DNA of 11,250 nt, taken from a virus (Monodnaviria; Loebvirae; Hofneiviricota; Faserviricetes; Tubulavirales; Inoviridae). The notes under the pieces are model-generated. The model made no database searches and was not told where the DNA came from. It was given only the letters and a program-made list of their open reading frames with translations. Positions 7,735 through 11,250 of the stretch are shown here, in pieces. The translations under genes were made by a program, and so were the position numbers. Location: IMG/VR virus record IMGVR_UViG_2663763400_000001; one strand, given 5' to 3'. Within the stretch, counting starts at the first letter, position 1; every line of letters begins with the position of its first letter.

Positions 7735-8181
7735 ATGGGCAACAATGAGCATGAAGTTATGGCGGACAAACAGAGAGCAGAACGTATCAAAAAGGTAATT
7801 CTGGAACACTCGACTTATGAAGAACTGGCCGAGAAGACTGGCATTAGCGTGAGTACGCTGGTCAGGATAGCGTCCGGCAAAACTGAACCTAAATTCAGTG
7901 ACATCATTCAGATAGCTAAAATTACGGGTGCAGACTTAAACACCTTAGCTTATGGCTATGCTCTTGATGTTAAAGAAGAAGCTACCGAGCGGAAGCTAAT
8001 CACTTCTGCGGATGGATATACTGATGAAGAAACCACTAACGCACATAATTTCATCGTGTGGAACATCAGGACACTGGAAAAACAAGATATTCTGGCACTC
8101 GCAAGGCAGGTTTCTGCCTTAAGTTCATACACTTACAGTACTAAAATGTTTATGAAAAAAGCGGTGTCTGGAGAAGAGTAA
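7735..8181 (+). CDS. XRE-family helix-turn-helix transcriptional regulator (phage repressor, RstR-like), 148 aa
   Basis: Contains a Cro/C1-type HTH (YEELAEKTGISVSTLVRIASGKT...IAKITGADLNTLAYG). Transcribed divergently from the replication initiator. GGAG ribosome-binding site 8 nt upstream of the ATG at 7735. Confidence 0.8.
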   Translation: MGNNEHEVMADKQRAERIKKVILEHSTYEELAEKTGISVSTLVRIASGKTEPKFSDIIQIAKITGADLNTLAYGYALDVKEEATERKLITSADGYTDEETTNAHNFIVWNIRTLEKQDILALARQVSALSSYTYSTKMFMKKAVSGEE

Positions 8182-8210
8182 AAGGATTAACAGTCTCAGG
8201 AATGAGACAA

Positions 8211-8246
8211 ACGTGCAGTATTACCAACACTGCACGTTCTTTATTG
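8211..8246 (+). terminator. Candidate intrinsic terminator downstream of the repressor gene
   Basis: ACGTGCAGT (8211-8219), 9-nt loop, ACTGCACGT (8229-8237), followed by TCTTTATTG. Confidence 0.4.
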
Positions 8247-8280
8247 TGCGAATTTTGAACAGTGAAAAAGGATCAAAAGG

Positions 8281-8703
8281 ATGAGTAGAAATAACGAAAC
8301 AAGCGGCGTTGAACTGGTTGTCGTGGGCGTATTTGCTTTCTGTCTGGCAGTTGTTGCCTGGCTAATGAAAACTTTCGATGTTGAATGGCAAACAGCGCTG
8401 GAAACTGCGCCTGGCCTGATAGTGTGGCTGCTTGTTGTCGGGGCGGGGATCTTTTTCGGGATCAAAATGGAAACAGGCCTTGTTCGCTGGGGTGCTCCAC
8501 TGGCGATCGCCCTTCTGATTCCGGTATTCAAACCAATTCTTAAGGAAGCTGCCGGAGTTCGTGAAACGGGTGGGCTGGTTTTCGATGATATGGTTTCGTG
8601 GTACGGAACTGGCTGGGGAATGTCGTTGATGTTTTTCGGAATTCTTATCATCGGATACGGGATGCTTTATTGGTGGCACAGAAGAAATTCATATTACTGG
8701 TAA
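8281..8703 (+). CDS. Hypothetical polytopic inner-membrane protein, 140 aa (cargo gene 1)
   Basis: About four hydrophobic helices (VELVVVGVFAFCLAVVAWLM, GLIVWLLVVGAGIFFGI, APLAIALLIPVF, MSLMFFGILIIGYGMLYWW). AAGGA ribosome-binding site 8 nt upstream. The antisense ORFs 8241..8651 and 8362..8679 are Pro/Ser/Thr/Arg-rich, typical of the reverse strand of a hydrophobic gene. Confidence 0.6.
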   Translation: MSRNNETSGVELVVVGVFAFCLAVVAWLMKTFDVEWQTALETAPGLIVWLLVVGAGIFFGIKMETGLVRWGAPLAIALLIPVFKPILKEAAGVRETGGLVFDDMVSWYGTGWGMSLMFFGILIIGYGMLYWWHRRNSYYW

Positions 8704-8731
8704 TCAATAAAACGTAGAAGAGAGGAAATAT

Positions 8732-9007
8732 ATGAAACTGAATCCTGAGAAATACAATAGAAATATCACCCTGCTATGTCCTGTGTGCGGAAATACAGAG
8801 ATGGAACACGAGGAAGAGTCTGAAGTCGTCAGATGTGTAGGCTGCGGGAAAGAATTCACTAATGATGAGTTAATCCAAGAAAACGGGGTGAGTATTGACG
8901 CCCATGTGGATGAGATAAAAGAAGAGTTAACAAAAGATATTCAAAAACAGTTTAACGACATGCTCAAAAAGGCATTTAAAGGAAGTAAAAATATAAGGAT
9001 TAAATAA
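8732..9007 (+). CDS. Hypothetical zinc-ribbon protein, 91 aa (cargo gene 2)
   Basis: CPVCG and CVGCG motifs 17 residues apart (CxxC-x17-CxxC), followed by an acidic/Lys-rich tail. AGAGGA Shine-Dalgarno upstream of the ATG at 8732. AT-rich codon usage. Confidence 0.6.
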   Translation: MKLNPEKYNRNITLLCPVCGNTEMEHEEESEVVRCVGCGKEFTNDELIQENGVSIDAHVDEIKEELTKDIQKQFNDMLKKAFKGSKNIRIK

Positions 9008-9486
9008 TGACAACAAGTGATGCCATCGCTTTAGCTGCGCTTGTAGTATCGATTTACACTATCATATCATCAGAAGTGAAGTCGAGAAAAAGTGATAGAG
9101 AACAAAAGGTTATAAAGGATGAGCAAGACAGATTACGTAAGTTGCTTCTGGAAAAAGAAACAAAGTCAGCAATTAATGAGATGAAGGCTGAGCTTGGTGC
9201 CCGCCTCGTAAAAATAGCCAAAAACAACTATAGACTCAAGATATTTAATAGAGGGAAAGTTGAGGCTAAAAATATAGAGATTCATTTCCCTGATAACGAT
9301 GGCAATGAATATCTTTCCATGCATGATGTAGAAGATAAATTTCCATATGAAGTATTACACCCGCAACATGGGATTGAAATTTTAGCGGGACTAAGCTTTG
9401 GAAGCAAAACTAAATACCGAATAAAACTCATATGGGATGACAATTATAAAAAAAGGAATGAAGAGGAGTTTTTCATTTCTATATAA
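9007..9486 (+). CDS. Hypothetical membrane-anchored protein with a charged coiled-coil-like segment, 159 aa (cargo gene 3)
   Basis: The start overlaps the upstream stop as TAATG (9005-9009). N-terminal hydrophobic anchor (AIALAALVVSIYTIIS), then a highly charged K/E/R-rich helical segment, then a C-terminal region rich in aromatic and beta-type residues. Visibly AT-rich. Confidence 0.6.
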   Translation: MTTSDAIALAALVVSIYTIISSEVKSRKSDREQKVIKDEQDRLRKLLLEKETKSAINEMKAELGARLVKIAKNNYRLKIFNRGKVEAKNIEIHFPDNDGNEYLSMHDVEDKFPYEVLHPQHGIEILAGLSFGSKTKYRIKLIWDDNYKKRNEEEFFISI

Positions 9487-9516
9487 ATTGGTTCGCACAA
9501 TGACGTTATGCTAAAG

Positions 9517-9553
9517 AGGCCGCTGCGGGATACGATTTTCGCAGCGGCCTTTT
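9517..9553 (+). terminator. Candidate intrinsic terminator of the + strand cargo operon, directly abutting the right junction site
   Basis: AGGCCGCTGCG (9517-9527), 12-nt loop, CGCAGCGGCCT (9540-9550), followed by TTT. It is flanked upstream by AAAG, so it could act in both directions. Confidence 0.5.
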
Positions 9554-9583
9554 CAACATAACGAGTCGTACATTATGCGCACC
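9552..9583 (-). other. Hybrid dif-like site forming the right prophage junction: dif XerC arm plus a phage-derived expanded central region and XerD-like arm
   Basis: In dif orientation it reads GGTGCGCATAA (perfect XerC arm, 9583-9573), then TGTACGACTCG (11 bp instead of the 6-bp TGTATA), then TTATGTTGAAA (9 of 11 identical to the dif XerD arm TTATGTTAAAT). It shares 15 contiguous nt with the true dif at 424-438. Confidence 0.65.
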
Positions 9584-9661
9584 AACATAAACCAAGGGAG
9601 AATCCAGTCGTTGGCGGTTCATGATTGTTCTGCTCATTAACAACGACCAAAACCCCATATC

Positions 9662-10984
9662 TTACTTAATACCGTATTCTCGGCTTAACCGACCGTGCAA
9701 CCTCAACACATTGGTTTCAACTGCCGTCACCACGTTCTCCGGAAAATCTGTCGGTAATGAAGTCTTCACGTTATCCAGTGCTGCCGGAATCATTCTGGCA
9801 AAGTCACTCAGGATTTCATGCATCTGCACTTCCGGGAATTTCAGCACCTTTGCTGTCGCCAGAAAATGTCGCGGATAAATTTTATCGATTGCCGTTTTTT
9901 TGCCTTTGGATGCGTTAAGCCCCATTGCCAGTTTGAGATCGCTGATGTGTATTCCCGTACCGCCAAGGACCGGAAATGCCGAAATGATGTCATAAAATGG
10001 TGTGAGCCGATAACTGCCGCCAGCCTGAATAAATACGGAGAAGTTTTTTGCATGGCCATCTGTTGCGCCAATCAACCACTGGAAGACCTGAAACTTCATA
10101 AAATCATAGCGATCTTTCAGCGCCTCGCTGGACCCCATCAAAAAAGCCATAATTTGCGCGATACCGGGGCCTCCATCTGATTCATATTTCACCGATGAAG
10201 GTAAACCGAATGTCTGGCACATATCCTCCTGTGGCAAGCGAAGTAAAACCGTTCGCTCAGTATTCCAACGCCTGTCAAAACGTTTGACCGCTAACGCGCG
10301 CACCCTTCCCGCTTTAATGATTTCTGCGTCCGGAACATTCAACCCGAGTTCTTTCGCCAGCAGCAAACAGTAATACTCATTATCAACGCTTTGGCTAAGA
10401 TCGAGCGTCGCATTGGGCTGTCTGATTTCGCCAATCGGCAATTTGATAATGTGCGTCGTTGGCGTTATTCCCTTCGGAATGCACCAGTCATTGCCTATTC
10501 TGAGCAGCGCAGTCTTCTCCTGTGCGCCAGCAACCGAGATGCGAAAGTCATTTTCTTCTCTAATCATGCCTAACGGGATATCTGCTTTATAAGCCGTTAA
10601 TACTTCTTCAAGTCTGGCTTCAGTAAGCTTTTCCCATGCCATTATCGGACACATTACGGTTTCATCTTCGGGGATTAACGTCACGGCACCAACGCTGTCT
10701 CGCCCTATTTCTGACAATAAATCAAACGGTTGTCTGGATTTAGCATGATAACGTTTAACGATCCGGTCACGTACAATCGGGCTATCGGGTAACAGGTTAT
10801 CGAAGAAGTTAAATACGGCATCAGAGGTGATATTCCTCCTCTGCAATGGCAGCGAAAGTGACAACGGTCTGGCATAACGGCTGGCTAACCACTCAGGTGC
10901 ATACTTAAAGGTGTGCGCGCCGTTGGCTAACTTCGTTAACTCGCCTACCCGCTGGTTGTTCATCCAAGTGACTAGTTTAGGCAT
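9662..10984 (-). CDS. hipA: HipA serine/threonine kinase toxin of the HipBA type II toxin-antitoxin system, 440 aa
   Basis: From the ATG at 10982-10984 the product MPKLVTWMNNQRVGELTKLANGAHTFKYAPEWLASRYARPLSLSLPLQR... matches E. coli HipA essentially along its length, from memory. The start overlaps the hipB stop by 1 nt. The longer ORF reaching 11041 is an upstream in-frame extension into hipB. Confidence 0.95.
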   Translation of the reverse strand: MPKLVTWMNNQRVGELTKLANGAHTFKYAPEWLASRYARPLSLSLPLQRRNITSDAVFNFFDNLLPDSPIVRDRIVKRYHAKSRQPFDLLSEIGRDSVGAVTLIPEDETVMCPIMAWEKLTEARLEEVLTAYKADIPLGMIREENDFRISVAGAQEKTALLRIGNDWCIPKGITPTTHIIKLPIGEIRQPNATLDLSQSVDNEYYCLLLAKELGLNVPDAEIIKAGRVRALAVKRFDRRWNTERTVLLRLPQEDMCQTFGLPSSVKYESDGGPGIAQIMAFLMGSSEALKDRYDFMKFQVFQWLIGATDGHAKNFSVFIQAGGSYRLTPFYDIISAFPVLGGTGIHISDLKLAMGLNASKGKKTAIDKIYPRHFLATAKVLKFPEVQMHEILSDFARMIPAALDNVKTSLPTDFPENVVTAVETNVLRLHGRLSREYGIK

Positions 10985-11250
10985 CACCACTCCAGATCTT
11001 GCTGTTCTGTTGCTTCTGGCGAGGCATTTTTTGCGTCGCATAGCGTCATTGAGAGTTCAAGCGACTGTAAAATCTTAAAAAATGTCGTGAGCGAGGTATT
11101 GTTAGGATTGTTTTCGAAATTGGAAATTGTCGCCTGCTTAATGCCGATTTTTTTCGCCAACTCGCTCTGCGTCCAGCCGTTTTGCTGGCGAACCAGTTTC
11201 ATTGCATTCGCCAATTGCATTGGGCTATAGATCTTCTGAAAGCTCATCAT
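10984..11250 (-). CDS. hipB: HipB antitoxin / HTH transcriptional repressor, 88 aa
   Basis: Product MMSFQKIYSPMQLANAMKLVRQQNGWTQSELAKKIGIKQATISNFENN... matches E. coli HipB (XRE-family HTH), from memory. The start codon lies at the window edge (11248-11250); the promoter and operators are beyond the window. Confidence 0.95.
   Translation of the reverse strand: MMSFQKIYSPMQLANAMKLVRQQNGWTQSELAKKIGIKQATISNFENNPNNTSLTTFFKILQSLELSMTLCDAKNASPEATEQQDLEW

Larger units (their letters stand above)
411..9584 (-). mobile_element. Integrated filamentous phage (inovirus-like prophage, about 9.1 kb) bounded by dif and a hybrid dif-like site; no integrase gene, so XerCD-dependent integration (IMEX) is inferred
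   Basis: A full inovirus gene set in conserved order lies on the minus strand, with a divergent HTH repressor, between two direct-oriented sites sharing the 15-nt string TACATTATGCGCACC (424-438 and 9569-9583). No tyrosine or serine recombinase ORF is present. Confidence 0.8.

Noticed and set aside
8241-8679. Minus-strand ORFs 8241..8651 and 8362..8679 opposite the cargo membrane-protein gene
   Set aside because: Their Pro/Ser/Thr/Arg-rich products are the typical mirror image of a hydrophobic gene on the other strand. The + strand gene has a ribosome-binding site and coherent transmembrane helices.
9585-9661. Possible hipA intrinsic terminator (GTCGTTG / CAACGAC inverted repeat)
   Set aside because: The loop is about 24 nt and no U-tract follows on the hipA strand, so it is not a convincing terminator.
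9621-10573. ORFs overlapping hipA (9621..9878 +, 9818..10180 +, 9841..10071 -, 10391..10573 +)
   Set aside because: They lie inside the confidently identified hipA coding region, in the wrong frame or on the wrong strand.
10985-11041. N-terminal extension of the hipA ORF (MRRKKCLARSNRTARSGVV...)
   Set aside because: Canonical HipA begins MPKLVTW at the ATG at 10982-10984, which overlaps the hipB stop by 1 nt. The extension would run through the hipB coding sequence.
1-11250. CRISPR arrays, tRNA/rRNA genes, transposases or IS elements
   Set aside because: No regular repeat-spacer arrays, no tRNA-like or rRNA-like segments, and no transposase or integrase ORFs were seen. Mobility is explained by the dif-targeting phage.

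Overview
Most of this window is an apparently intact filamentous-phage (inovirus-like) prophage of about 9.1 kb, integrated at the chromosomal dif site just downstream of the hipBA toxin-antitoxin locus. All calls rest on reading the sequence and ORF translations; no searches were run. The left junction (411..438) is a perfect 28-bp match to the E. coli dif sequence as I recall it. The right junction (about 9552..9583) is a dif-like hybrid site with an identical XerC arm but an expanded central region. No integrase gene is present, which fits an element that uses host XerCD (IMEX). The minus strand carries the core module: replication initiator (6511..7563), putative ssDNA-binding protein, small membrane protein, major coat protein with signal peptide, pIII-like adsorption protein, pVI-like protein, Zot/pI-like ATPase and pIV-like secretin (1310..2554). 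An XRE-family HTH repressor (7735..8181) is transcribed divergently from the replication gene. The most interesting part is a three-gene + strand cassette (8281..9486) between the repressor and the right junction: a polytopic membrane protein, a zinc-ribbon protein and a membrane-anchored coiled-coil protein. I recognise none of them, and the last two look compositionally foreign. A second accessory region (439..1309) holds small basic ORFs and palindromes. The window ends with canonical hipA (9662..10984) and hipB (10984..11250). No rRNA, tRNA, CRISPR array or transposase was seen. CDS coordinates include the stop codon.
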